Assembly: GCA_041308845.1 (NCBI GenBank) | Contig: JBFZAT010000044.1 | Location: 1-55,176, forward strand | Source of the DNA: Candidatus Omnitrophota bacterium | Lineage (GTDB): Bacteria > Omnitrophota > Gorgyraeia > Gygaellales > Profunditerraquicolaceae | Length of the DNA stretch: 55,176 nucleotides | Direction of reading: 5' to 3' | Shown here: piece by piece, positions 26,225 through 36,021 of the stretch | Position numbering within the stretch: position 1 is the stretch's first letter | Layout: each line of letters starts with the position of its first letter | Notes under the pieces: model-generated | Databases searched by the model: none | What the model was told of the DNA's origin: nothing | The model's input: only the letters and a program-made list of their open reading frames with translations | Program-made: the position numbers and the translations under genes

Positions 26225-28459
26225 ATGAGAAGAGTCCTTTTATTTATTCTACCAATACTCATTATAGTGGCTTTAGCTTTTACGCTTTTTGGTTTCTTCC
26301 AGGTGCGTTTTGAAGAAGAGAAACTGATTGATGATCTGAAACGTAAAGCCAAAAGCATTGCTGAAAGTATGGAGTTATCGGTTCGCCATGTCCTTTTAGC
26401 CGATGATTTAAAAAGCGCTGATTATCTGGCTGAGAAATTCGAAAGCCGGCAAAGGCTGCAAGGCTGCGCAATCTATGATAAAGACGGCAATATAATAGCC
26501 TTGACCAGAAGGTTAAGCGATTGGAGGCAGAAAAACAGGCCTTATATTGCCGATATCATGAAAAATAAAACTCCCCGGGGAGAATTGGAGTTATTTAAAG
26601 ATTACCAGGTTTATAGTTATATCCTTCCAATTGTTAATGACGACGGGCAGTTTTTGGGTATGGTGGAGGTGATTCATGACACTTCTTATGTTTTCGCCAG
26701 GCTCACCGAGCTTTGGAAGCATATCAGTTCAACGTTGGTTATCCTGGTTGTAGTAATTTTTCTTATTGCTATTGTTCTGCACCGGCAGATTTTTGCCCTT
26801 CCCATACAACGCCTAACCGATTGGTTTAAGTATTTTCAAAGGGGAGAAATCGATAAAGCCCATCCGATTAAAGAAAAAGGAGACTTAGGTAAGCTGGCCA
26901 GTGAAGTAGAGCAGGTGGCTTTAAGTATTAGGGTGGCGCGGCGCTCGATATCAGATGAAGCACATGTCCGTATGCAGAAAGAAGAAATTTGGACTGAAGC
27001 TAAACTTAAGGACCTGATCCATGCAAAACTGGGAGATAATTCTTTTTTTGTGGTTTCCAACCGGGAACCATTTATGCATGTTTTTGATGAAGAATTAGGT
27101 AAAGCGGTATGTATCCGGCCGGCCAGTGGGGTGGTTACGGCTATTCATCCGATACTTTCTGCCTGCGGTGGCACGTGGGTTGCTCACGGTAGCGGTAATT
27201 CTGATAAAAAATTTGTTAACTCTAAAGATAAGCTGGGCGTGCCTTGCGAAGATAACCGTTATATTCTTAAAAGAGTCTGGTTAGATAAGCAGCAGGAGCA
27301 GGGATATTATTACGGTTTTTCGAATGAAGGATTATGGCCGCTTTGTCATAATACGCATACCCGACCGGTTTTTAAGGAATTTGATTGGAGGATGTATAAA
27401 GAGGTCAACCAGAAGTTTGCCGACAGTGTTTTAGAAGAATTGCCGGCCAGCAGCCCGTTTATCTTTGTGCAAGATTATCATTTTACACTTTTGCCCAAGA
27501 TGATAAAAGACAAGCGCCCGGATGCCAAAGTAGCTTTATTCTGGCATATTCCTTGGCCGACGCCGGAAGCTTTTATGATTTGTCCTTATCAGGGCGAGAT
27601 TCTAGAGGGGATGCTGGGAAGCGATCTGATCGGTTTTCATGTTCAGAATCATTGTAATAATTTTCTTGATACCGCTAATCGCCTGCTGGAGTCCCGCGTA
27701 GATACCGAAAAATTTAGTATTGTGCGTGCGGGTAAAGAGACTTTTATTAGGGCTTTCCCGATCAGTATTAATCCGCAGATCAACGACAATTCATTTAAGC
27801 GAGATCCGGTCAGGCAGATCGAGAAGTTAAAACAGGAGTTTGAGCTGGAAAATAAGATCGTGGCAGTCGGAGTAGACCGCATTGATTACACTAAAGGCAT
27901 CGTGGAAAGAATTTTAGCTATCGACAGGTTCCTGGATAAATATCCGGAGTACAAAAAGAAATTTGTTTTTATCCAGCTGGCTGCCCCCAGCCGTACGCAT
28001 ATCAAGCGCTACCATGATTTAATCGGAGAAATTGATGAGCGGGTAGAGAAAATTAACTGGAAGCATGTGGAGGCAGGTTGGAAGCCGATTGTCTACCTGA
28101 AGAAACATTTTTCTCAAGAGGATATCCATCCTTATTATCAGCTGGCTGATATTTGTATCGTTAGCTCTTTACATGATGGAATGAATCTTGTGGCTAAAGA
28201 ATATGTTGCCGAGAAAGATGATTTATCCGGATGCTTGATCTTAAGCCAGTTCACCGGAGCCGCCCGTGAACTTACCGATGCGCTCCTGGTTAATCCCTAT
28301 TCAATCGAGGAGTTTGCCGATAGCATAAAATTGGCTATTGAGATGCCCAAAGAAGAGAAGCGCAAGCGTATGGAGAGTATGCGTAAGATAATTACTAAGA
28401 ACAATATTTACCGTTGGGCAGCTAATATTATCACGGAATTAGTTGCTTTAAAAGTTTAA
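26225..28459 (+). CDS. otsA: Trehalose-6-phosphate synthase (GT20) fused to N-terminal membrane sensor/HAMP-like module
   Basis: VVSNREPF, YYGFSNEGLWP, QDYH, HIPWP, GVDRIDYTKG, DGMNLVAKEY; ~270-aa N-terminal TM-periplasmic-TM-HAMP region. Confidence 0.9.
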   Translation: MRRVLLFILPILIIVALAFTLFGFFQVRFEEEKLIDDLKRKAKSIAESMELSVRHVLLADDLKSADYLAEKFESRQRLQGCAIYDKDGNIIALTRRLSDWRQKNRPYIADIMKNKTPRGELELFKDYQVYSYILPIVNDDGQFLGMVEVIHDTSYVFARLTELWKHISSTLVILVVVIFLIAIVLHRQIFALPIQRLTDWFKYFQRGEIDKAHPIKEKGDLGKLASEVEQVALSIRVARRSISDEAHVRMQKEEIWTEAKLKDLIHAKLGDNSFFVVSNREPFMHVFDEELGKAVCIRPASGVVTAIHPILSACGGTWVAHGSGNSDKKFVNSKDKLGVPCEDNRYILKRVWLDKQQEQGYYYGFSNEGLWPLCHNTHTRPVFKEFDWRMYKEVNQKFADSVLEELPASSPFIFVQDYHFTLLPKMIKDKRPDAKVALFWHIPWPTPEAFMICPYQGEILEGMLGSDLIGFHVQNHCNNFLDTANRLLESRVDTEKFSIVRAGKETFIRAFPISINPQINDNSFKRDPVRQIEKLKQEFELENKIVAVGVDRIDYTKGIVERILAIDRFLDKYPEYKKKFVFIQLAAPSRTHIKRYHDLIGEIDERVEKINWKHVEAGWKPIVYLKKHFSQEDIHPYYQLADICIVSSLHDGMNLVAKEYVAEKDDLSGCLILSQFTGAARELTDALLVNPYSIEEFADSIKLAIEMPKEEKRKRMESMRKIITKNNIYRWAANIITELVALKV

Positions 28460-28473
28460 TTTGCGAGGTAGAA

Positions 28474-29529
28474 ATGGATGAGGATTTATTTTTAAAATTG
28501 GCTAGCTGGGCGCGCATGTTTACCCCGGTAATTATTTTTTTCGTTGTTTTCTTTCTAGGGTTGATGGTTAAAAAAATAATTTTTAGCCGTTTCTTGCTTT
28601 GGGCTAAAAAAACTTCCACCCAGCTGGATGATTTATTTATCCAGGTGCTTAAAGGGCCGTCTTTAGTTTTATGCTTGATTTTAGCTTTATATTTTGCGGT
28701 GCAATTTTCCAAGCTACCAGAAAATATTATATTAGTTATAAATAAAAGTATTCTTATCCTCGGGATCATTTCGGTGGTTTTGGCATTAACTAATCTGTTA
28801 TCTGAGCTGATCAAGATTTATTCTTTCCGGGGTGATTGTCCTCTTCCGATCAACAGTCTTACCCATAACATCGTCAGGATTTTTGTTTTTTCCATCGGCA
28901 TCCTGATTATTTTGAACAGTTTGGGTATTTCTATTACTCCGATATTAGCGACTTTAGGGGTGGGGGGTTTAGCAGTAGCGTTAGCCTTGCAGGACACTCT
29001 GACTAATCTTTTTGCCGGTTTTCATATTACGGTGGCTAAGCAGATCAAGGTCGGAGATTATATTAAGCTGGAGTCAGGAGAAGAGGGTTATGTAGTAGAT
29101 ATTAACTGGCGTTCGACGATGATCAAAATGCTGCCGAACAATCTGGTGCTTATCCCGAATGATAAATTAAATAAAGCCATCGTTACAAACTATTATGCGC
29201 CGGATAAAGAAATGGCGGTTTTAGTGAACTTAGGGGTGCATTATAAAAGCGATTTGGAAAAAGTAGAGCGGGTTACCTGTGCAGTGGCTAAATCTGTGAT
29301 GACCGAGGTCAGCGGTGGGGTAGAACATTTTGAGCCATTTATTCGCTATAATGCTTTTGCGGATTCCAGTATTAATTTCACTGTAATTTTAAGAGCCAGA
29401 GAATTTGTTGATCAATATTTGATCAAGCACGAGTTTATTAAAAGATTGCATAAGAGGTATCTTCAAGAAGGGATAAATATTCCTTATCCGATCAGGGCGA
29501 TAAATTATGAACAGGAGAAGGCAGATTAA
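28474..29529 (+). CDS. MscS family mechanosensitive channel
   Basis: LGVGGLAVALALQDTLTNLFAG, IKVGDYI, GYVVDINWRST. Confidence 0.92.
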   Translation: MDEDLFLKLASWARMFTPVIIFFVVFFLGLMVKKIIFSRFLLWAKKTSTQLDDLFIQVLKGPSLVLCLILALYFAVQFSKLPENIILVINKSILILGIISVVLALTNLLSELIKIYSFRGDCPLPINSLTHNIVRIFVFSIGILIILNSLGISITPILATLGVGGLAVALALQDTLTNLFAGFHITVAKQIKVGDYIKLESGEEGYVVDINWRSTMIKMLPNNLVLIPNDKLNKAIVTNYYAPDKEMAVLVNLGVHYKSDLEKVERVTCAVAKSVMTEVSGGVEHFEPFIRYNAFADSSINFTVILRAREFVDQYLIKHEFIKRLHKRYLQEGINIPYPIRAINYEQEKAD

Positions 29530-29537
29530 GGCTAAAA

Positions 29538-30347
29538 ATGCGTTACTTCTTTACGGACGCGGAAAAAATAAAAAAGATTCTGGAGAATAACTATTTATTT
29601 TTGTTCTTAGATTGCGATGGCACGCTGGCGCCGATTGTTAATCTTCCCCATCAGGCGGTGATTGCCAAAGAAACAAAAAGAATACTTAATCTTTTATCTA
29701 AAAGTAAAAACTGCCGGGTGGCAATCATTAGCGGAAGATCGCTGGGGGATTTGAAGAAGAAGGTTAACCTGAGAAATATCATTTATTCAGGCAACCATGG
29801 TTTACAGATTCAGGGACCTAAGTTAAAATACGAACTGCCACTGCCGCTAGATTATAGAAAAGCATTGCCGCAGATTAAGGCTCAGCTTAAAAAAAAGCTT
29901 AGCGGTATCAAAGGCATACTGCTGGAGGATAAAAAGTTTTCTTTGGCTTTGCATTTTAGGCTGGCGGATAAGCATCGGCTGCCGCTAGTCAAAACCGTTT
30001 TCCATGAGATTACTGCGGTTTATTTAGTCAGAGATCAGATTAAAGTTAAATCCGGCAAACAGGTTTTGGAAGTTAGGCCTCCGCTACCCTGGGATAAAGG
30101 CAAGGCGGTGCTGTGGCTATTAGCTAGACAGGAAATTTTCCTAAAAGATAAAAAATTTTTTCCGATTTATATCGGAGATGACCTTACCGATGAGGATGCT
30201 TTTGCGGCGTTGAAAAATAAAGGTTTGACTGTTTTAGTAGGGTTGCCTGGATCTTCTCAGGCGCAATATTATATTAAAGATGTCCAGGAGGTAAAGGATT
30301 GCTTAAAGTTTATTCTTAATATCACAACCAGTAAAAATTATGCCTGA
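29538..30347 (+). CDS. otsB: Trehalose-6-phosphate phosphatase (HAD)
   Basis: FLDCDGTL, ISGR, GNHG, WDKGKAV, GDDLTDEDAF. Confidence 0.92.
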   Translation: MRYFFTDAEKIKKILENNYLFLFLDCDGTLAPIVNLPHQAVIAKETKRILNLLSKSKNCRVAIISGRSLGDLKKKVNLRNIIYSGNHGLQIQGPKLKYELPLPLDYRKALPQIKAQLKKKLSGIKGILLEDKKFSLALHFRLADKHRLPLVKTVFHEITAVYLVRDQIKVKSGKQVLEVRPPLPWDKGKAVLWLLARQEIFLKDKKFFPIYIGDDLTDEDAFAALKNKGLTVLVGLPGSSQAQYYIKDVQEVKDCLKFILNITTSKNYA

Positions 30348-31014
30348 GATTATAAAAGCTAAAGAACCGTTTAAATTTTATACCCGCTTGCATTTGACTG
30401 AATTAACCGGGTTAAGGGCAACTACTTTAAGCCAGCTTCTGGCCTTAATTAAAAAGGTGCCCGGTTCCTGTATCTATCATCATACGCATAGATTTCTGCA
30501 GCAGCATCAATTTTTTTCTCCTGAACCGCCGAATGATTTCGCTTATTGGGTGACTGAAATATTAGGAGAAATCGAGCTTGGCGAACGCCTGGCAAGTATA
30601 GATATAATAGAATTTTCCAGAATTCATGATCTGCGGGAAAAAATTATTGCGGTGATTGAAGGTTATTTGAAAGAGGAGCGTTTCGCCCAACTTAAGTTTG
30701 CCCGGGAAGGGGAGGAGTTCCATTTCATAAAATCGGTAAGTTTTGTCGTTCCGACAAACTATATTGTGGATAACCTGCTAGATTTTGTTGAAATAATGAA
30801 AAAGATTACTTTTGACTCAATTTATTTCCATATTTTCGAAGCGCGTCTGCGCTTGGAAAAGAAAGATAATGATTTTTCTAACTGGATAGATCATTCGCTA
30901 GGAGACCAGGCGCTGGCCGATGAGATTAGCGCGTTGGATCCTTACACCCGGACCCTGGATGATTTACGCGCGGCGATTATTAATATTATCGAGAAAAAAC
31001 TAACACAACGATGA
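30340..31014 (+). CDS. DUF5752 family protein
   Basis: IYHHTH, NDFAYWV..LGERLA repeated as NDFSNWI..ALADEI; usual neighbour of TreT. Confidence 0.8.
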   Translation: MPEIIKAKEPFKFYTRLHLTELTGLRATTLSQLLALIKKVPGSCIYHHTHRFLQQHQFFSPEPPNDFAYWVTEILGEIELGERLASIDIIEFSRIHDLREKIIAVIEGYLKEERFAQLKFAREGEEFHFIKSVSFVVPTNYIVDNLLDFVEIMKKITFDSIYFHIFEARLRLEKKDNDFSNWIDHSLGDQALADEISALDPYTRTLDDLRAAIINIIEKKLTQR

Positions 31015-32222
31015 ATAAACTGGAAGAATATATACCGATTGTAGGGCAATCTGTGATTGACGATTTAAAGTTGATCGCTACGCGCTTAGAAAATAAAACT
31101 ATCCAGCATATCAATTCGACTTCGGTAGGAGGCGGAGTGGCGGAGATTCTTACCCGGATGGTGCCCTTGCTTCAGGAATTAGGGGTGAATACACGCTGGG
31201 ATTTAATTAAAGGCGGCGAACAATTCTTCGAAGTGACCAAAAAATTCCATAATGCTTTGCATGGCCACCCGGAAGAGATAGCTAAAAAAGATTTTGATAC
31301 TTTTTTGGAAACCAGCCAACGCAATATCGATGAGCTGAATACAGACAATGATATTGTTTTTGTCCATGACCCTCAGCCGATTGCGCTAATTAATAAAAAA
31401 CAGGATAATAAATGGCTTTGGCGTTGTCATGTGGATGTTTCTAATCCTAATGCTAAGGTTTGGGATTTTCTTATGGAGTATATTGTGCGTTACGATGCAG
31501 CCGTATTTTCTGCTCCGAGTTTTTCGCCTAGATTGCCGATTCGCCAATTTTTGATTTCTCCTTCTATTGATCCTCTAAGCGATAAAAATAGGGAGTTGCC
31601 GCAGGAGGTAATCGAAAAGGTATTGTTAAAATACCAGATTCCCCAGGATAAACCGATTATTACTCAGATATCGCGTTTCGATCGCCTTAAGGATCCTTTA
31701 GGTGTAATTGAAGCTTATAAAGAAGTTAAAAAACATATTAACTGTCGGCTGGTTTTAGCCGGAGGTGGGGCTGCTGATGATCCGGAAGGGGCGATGATTT
31801 TTACTCAAGCAATGGAAAAGGCCAAGAATGATAAAGACATCCATATTTTACTGCTGGCGCAGAATGATATTGAGATTAACGCTTTGCAGAGAGCTTCTAC
31901 GGTAATTATACAAAAATCTATCCGGGAAGGTTTTGGTTTAACCGTTGCGGAGGCTTTATGGAAGGCTAAGCCGGTAGTTGCTTCTAACGTGGGGGGGATA
32001 CCCTTACAGGTTAAACATAAATATTCCGGCCTGCTATGTCATTCTGTTTCAGGAGCGGCTTTTGCGATTAAGCAGCTTTTGAATAGCCCGGCCTATGCGC
32101 TGCGCTTAGGGGAAAACGGGCGGGAACATATCCGGAACAATTTTTTGATTACCCGGCATCTAAAGAGCTACCTGCTCTTATTTCATTCTTTGTATCACCG
32201 AGAGGATGTTGTTTATTTATAG
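31011..32222 (+). CDS. treT: Trehalose synthase TreT-like GT4 glycosyltransferase
   Basis: HINSTSVGGGVAEIL, VHDPQP, WRCHVD, SRFDRLKDP, EGFGLTVAEALWK. Confidence 0.85.
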   Translation: MNKLEEYIPIVGQSVIDDLKLIATRLENKTIQHINSTSVGGGVAEILTRMVPLLQELGVNTRWDLIKGGEQFFEVTKKFHNALHGHPEEIAKKDFDTFLETSQRNIDELNTDNDIVFVHDPQPIALINKKQDNKWLWRCHVDVSNPNAKVWDFLMEYIVRYDAAVFSAPSFSPRLPIRQFLISPSIDPLSDKNRELPQEVIEKVLLKYQIPQDKPIITQISRFDRLKDPLGVIEAYKEVKKHINCRLVLAGGGAADDPEGAMIFTQAMEKAKNDKDIHILLLAQNDIEINALQRASTVIIQKSIREGFGLTVAEALWKAKPVVASNVGGIPLQVKHKYSGLLCHSVSGAAFAIKQLLNSPAYALRLGENGREHIRNNFLITRHLKSYLLLFHSLYHREDVVYL

Positions 32223-32233
32223 GTAAAAATTAG

Positions 32234-32353
32234 ATGAAACTGAGCGGTTGGATTTTTATGATTCTTTCTTGGGCGGCGATCATGGCATTGGCAATATTTT
32301 GTTTTACTAAAATATTCAAACAATCCTCCGGGGTTAATAGGCAAGAGAAATAA
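32234..32353 (+). CDS. Small single-pass membrane peptide (39 aa), not in ORF track
   Basis: MKLSGWIFMILSWAAIMALAIFCFTKIFKQSSGVNRQEK*; resembles MetS-like small transporter subunits. Confidence 0.6.
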   Translation: MKLSGWIFMILSWAAIMALAIFCFTKIFKQSSGVNRQEK

Positions 32354-32380
32354 GGAATATAGACAGATTATAGCAGAGTA

Positions 32381-33010
32381 ATGCGGGAGGTTTTACAAAA
32401 AATGAACCCAGGGCAATTCTTAACTATTTTTATTTCTGCAGTTTTCGTGAACAATGTTATTTTATCGCGTTTTTTAGGATTGTGTCCTTTTGTAGCGATA
32501 TCCAAGAATACCAGGCAGGCCGCAGTGATGAGCATGGCGGTGACCTTTGTCACTACAGTATCTTCTGCGATCACCTGGCTGGTTTACCGGTTTCTTTTAG
32601 TTCCTTTTAAGCTGACTTATCTGCGTACTTTGGTTTTTATTTTAATCATTGCTGCTTTTGTGCAATTGGTAGAGATGATTATCAGAAAGTCCAGCCCGGC
32701 TCTTTACCGAGCTTTTGGTATTTATCTGGTTTTGATTACTACAAATTGCGCTGTATTGGGGATAGCGGTTTTGAATATTGATATGTTTTTTATTAATCAT
32801 CAAGCGGTGACCGGCAGTTTTATATTCTCAATCTTCCAGGGTTTGTCTGTGGGTATCGGATACACTTTAGCCATGCTTTTGATGTCGGGTATACGGGAAC
32901 GACTTGAGCTTTGTAATGCGCCTAAGGCATTGCAAGGTTTACCTTTGGCTTTTATTGTGGCTTCTGTGATGAGTATTGCTTTTATGGGGTTCAGCGGATT
33001 TAAATTTTAA
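32381..33010 (+). CDS. rnfA: Rnf electron transport complex subunit A (RnfA/RsxA)
   Basis: NNVILSRFLGLCPF, FGIYLVLITTNCAVLG, GIRERLE, GLPLAFI. Confidence 0.88.
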   Translation: MREVLQKMNPGQFLTIFISAVFVNNVILSRFLGLCPFVAISKNTRQAAVMSMAVTFVTTVSSAITWLVYRFLLVPFKLTYLRTLVFILIIAAFVQLVEMIIRKSSPALYRAFGIYLVLITTNCAVLGIAVLNIDMFFINHQAVTGSFIFSIFQGLSVGIGYTLAMLLMSGIRERLELCNAPKALQGLPLAFIVASVMSIAFMGFSGFKF

Positions 33011-33176
33011 AAATATTTGTTAAAATTGCCCCAGTTACAATTTTGCGCTCGCCCGCATTCTTTACTCCCAGAGTTCCCGTGATGGTTGTATAATTTTCTG
33101 CCTAATCTTTTTTACCAAAAGTATGACAAAAGCCAAAGTAATCGTCGGTTAAGCTATGCAGACCAAGAAGGTTTAG

Positions 33177-33821
33177 ATGTATCGTTCAAAGAAAGAATTA
33201 TTGAATAAATGTATTACTAGGAAAATTACCGCGCATGTTAAGGCTTTAGGAGGTTGCCGGCGGTGCCCGCAGATGTATCCGCCGCCAGTTAGCGGTGCTG
33301 CGGTAGCCAGTAAAATTTTATTGATTGGTCAGGCTCCCGGGGATAAAGAGCCTAAGTTGGGCCGTCCTTTTGCCTGGACCGCCGGGAAAAATCTTTTTAG
33401 TTGGTTTAATCATGCGGCAGGGATTAATGAGGAACAGTTTCGCTCCGCAGTATATATGGCGGCAGTCTGCCGGTGTTTCCCTGGTAAACATCCTTTAGGC
33501 GGAGACCGGGTGCCGTCGCCGCAGGAAGTACTGAATTGCTCTGTTTGGCTTAAGCGTGAGTTGGCTATTTTGCAGCCAAGATTAGTGATTCCGGTAGGTA
33601 AATTAGCGATTGCCCAGTTTCTGCCGCCGCAGAAATTAAACCAGGTGATCGGAAGAAAGTTTTTAATAGACCGGGACGGAATTTCTTTTGATCTTATTCC
33701 TTTGCCTCATCCATCAGGTGCTTCGCCTTGGCATCGTCAGAAACCGGGAAAACTCCTGCTTAAGAAAGCTTTGCAACTTATTGTTAGCCACCCGGTTTTT
33801 AATTTTAAACCTGGGGATTGA
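33177..33821 (+). CDS. Uracil-DNA glycosylase family protein
   Basis: CRRCP, LIGQAPG, GRPFAWTAG, RCFPG, LPHPSG. Confidence 0.88.
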   Translation: MYRSKKELLNKCITRKITAHVKALGGCRRCPQMYPPPVSGAAVASKILLIGQAPGDKEPKLGRPFAWTAGKNLFSWFNHAAGINEEQFRSAVYMAAVCRCFPGKHPLGGDRVPSPQEVLNCSVWLKRELAILQPRLVIPVGKLAIAQFLPPQKLNQVIGRKFLIDRDGISFDLIPLPHPSGASPWHRQKPGKLLLKKALQLIVSHPVFNFKPGD

Positions 33822-33909
33822 GTTTTTGAGCCGAAGACTTAATCTTACTTGGCAATATTTTATACTGGTGGTATAATTATAATTTAATTCTTTTTATTTG
33901 TAATCCAGA

Positions 33910-34371
33910 ATGTCTATCGGTCAGATGCGCCTGGTTATCTTAATTAGCATAATTATTTTAGGAGCAGCTGCCGGGGGTGATTGTCGGTCAGCGGCTGGCG
34001 TATTTGAGCAACTAAAGCAAGAACTTCAATCTGCGGGAGTATCGGATCAATTTATCAAGGTCGCCGAGGATCCGGTTAATCGGATGATTACTTGGGCATC
34101 TGAAACCGCTGATATAAAAACCGTTTTATTAGATCTATGGGGTCAAGGAATAAAAGGCAGGGCCTTGAAGAATGCGTTGGCAGCTGTAGCTGAGCTGGTG
34201 GCTAGTGGAGATAATACTCTGGAGGCCGCCAGGATTGCTTCGCAGGCAGCGCATAAAGCAGAATTAGAGGGTTTAAGCGGTTTCGGCGTGGGGATGAAAG
34301 TTAAGCAAGCCGTTCAGGATAGAAAAAAATACCTTAGGGATATCCAGCAGCAGCATCTGAGTAGCTATTAG
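33910..34371 (+). CDS. Secreted helical hypothetical protein
   Basis: Hydrophobic leader, Ala-rich helices; leads a tightly spaced 4-gene cluster. Confidence 0.6.
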   Translation: MSIGQMRLVILISIIILGAAAGGDCRSAAGVFEQLKQELQSAGVSDQFIKVAEDPVNRMITWASETADIKTVLLDLWGQGIKGRALKNALAAVAELVASGDNTLEAARIASQAAHKAELEGLSGFGVGMKVKQAVQDRKKYLRDIQQQHLSSY

Positions 34372-34378
34372 TAAAAGG

Positions 34379-35266
34379 TTGTCTATGTCTGATTCCTCCA
34401 GCTTTACTAAATATTCGCCTAGCGGTTCTGCTATTGTTAAAGGCATGATTGAGCTGGGCAGATTTTTGATTCCTTACCGGATTTATGAAAGTGAGGGTCC
34501 GCATATTATCTGTCTTAACGGGGTCCAGCAGTCGATGGGTATGTGGCATACTCTGGTGGAGCGTTATACTCCGCATTATCGGCTGGTACTGTTTGATTTT
34601 CCAAATCAGGGCAGAGGCAAGGTGCTTTCCGGTCCGGCTTTAGTTAGTTTAGATGAACAGGTGGATATCTTACGCGAGGTGATTAAAGCCACCGGTACTA
34701 ACAACCGAGCCTCTTTATGTGCTGCCTCCTGGGGAGGGATAATCGCCTTGGCCTTTGCCGCCCGCTACCCTAACCAGTTAAAGCAGCTTTGTTTGGCTAG
34801 CCTGGGAACCAAAGCTAATGATGCGATGGTCCGGACAATTAAGAAAGGTTTTAGCGTTGACCCGAAAAACAGAAAAAAAATGGCAGATATCTTAATTGAT
34901 AGTTTCGGCCAGAATCTTCCTAAGCATATTAAGAATAAAATTATTAGTCAGTTTCATTCTATGAGTCAGGAGAATCTCAATGCTTTTTATGAACATGGGT
35001 TAGCAGTGGTTTCGGCTAAAAAAATAGGAGATTTGATTAAGCTTGGGGATATCCGGGAAAAAACCTTCTTGATTTACGGAGAAAAGGATACGATTATTGA
35101 TTTAGAGGATGTGAAATTCCTCGCTTCACAAATTCCCAATTGTCAGGTGAGGATTATAAAAAACGTCGGGCATTTTCTACACATGGAGCAGATAGATATT
35201 TTTGATATTTATGCGGATATTCTGCCGGTGCCGCCTTTGGTCGAAAATAGGAGATTTAAGCAGTGA
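34379..35266 (+). CDS. Alpha/beta hydrolase
   Basis: LFDFPNQG, AASWGG nucleophile elbow, GEKD, GHFLH. Confidence 0.85.
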   Translation: MSMSDSSSFTKYSPSGSAIVKGMIELGRFLIPYRIYESEGPHIICLNGVQQSMGMWHTLVERYTPHYRLVLFDFPNQGRGKVLSGPALVSLDEQVDILREVIKATGTNNRASLCAASWGGIIALAFAARYPNQLKQLCLASLGTKANDAMVRTIKKGFSVDPKNRKKMADILIDSFGQNLPKHIKNKIISQFHSMSQENLNAFYEHGLAVVSAKKIGDLIKLGDIREKTFLIYGEKDTIIDLEDVKFLASQIPNCQVRIIKNVGHFLHMEQIDIFDIYADILPVPPLVENRRFKQ

Positions 35267-36000
35267 ACTCTGCCAGGGCTAAATCTATTTTTGCCAGCTT
35301 AACTCAGTTTCTTTGTTCAGTTTGTATCTATTTTGTGGGCATCTGCGTAATGGCTTTGGCTGTCTGGCCGGGTGTTTTATTAATGCATTATGTTTGGGGC
35401 AGTGTTTTTAGCTTTCCGGCAATCTTTAAATTTGGATTAATCGCTCTAAGTTTAGTGTTAGCTTTTTTTATTTACGGTTTCAGCCTCATTTTGATATTAG
35501 GTTTATTAAGAATAATCTTTAGGCTGCAGCTGCAGGAAGGGGAGTACCGCATTGCTTCTTTTGGATTATACCGGTGGATGTTTATTAATGGGCTATACAT
35601 GGTAGCCGCGATTACTTTCATGGATTTTATTTTATTGACTCCGTTTTCGATTATATTTTTCCGTTTAATGGGGGCTAAAATCGGCAAGAATGTCCAAATC
35701 AATTCCAAAAAGTGCTTTGATTTATCCTTACTTGAAGTCGGAGACAATACGGTAATCGGTGGATACTCGACAATTATGTGCCACACTTTTGAGCGCAACC
35801 GGTTAATTCTGCGTAAAGTTAAAATCGGCAAGAATGTGGTTATTGGTTTGAATTCCGTGGTAATCTGCGGAGCCGAGATTGGCGACGGGGCATTTATTAC
35901 TGCCGGGGCGGTTTTAGGCAAGAATAAACAGGTTGCTGCTCACAGTGTTTATGCCGGCGTCCCCGCGGAATCGGTTAAGGAAAGAAGAACGCGTTATTAA
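35263..36000 (+). CDS. Membrane protein with C-terminal hexapeptide (LbH) acyltransferase-like domain
   Basis: Two to three TMs, FFRLMGAKIGKNV, VKIGKNVVIG, EIGDGAFITAGAVL, VYAGVPA. Confidence 0.8.
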   Translation: MNSARAKSIFASLTQFLCSVCIYFVGICVMALAVWPGVLLMHYVWGSVFSFPAIFKFGLIALSLVLAFFIYGFSLILILGLLRIIFRLQLQEGEYRIASFGLYRWMFINGLYMVAAITFMDFILLTPFSIIFFRLMGAKIGKNVQINSKKCFDLSLLEVGDNTVIGGYSTIMCHTFERNRLILRKVKIGKNVVIGLNSVVICGAEIGDGAFITAGAVLGKNKQVAAHSVYAGVPAESVKERRTRY

Positions 36001-36021
36001 TTATAAAAAAGAGGAGCATCG

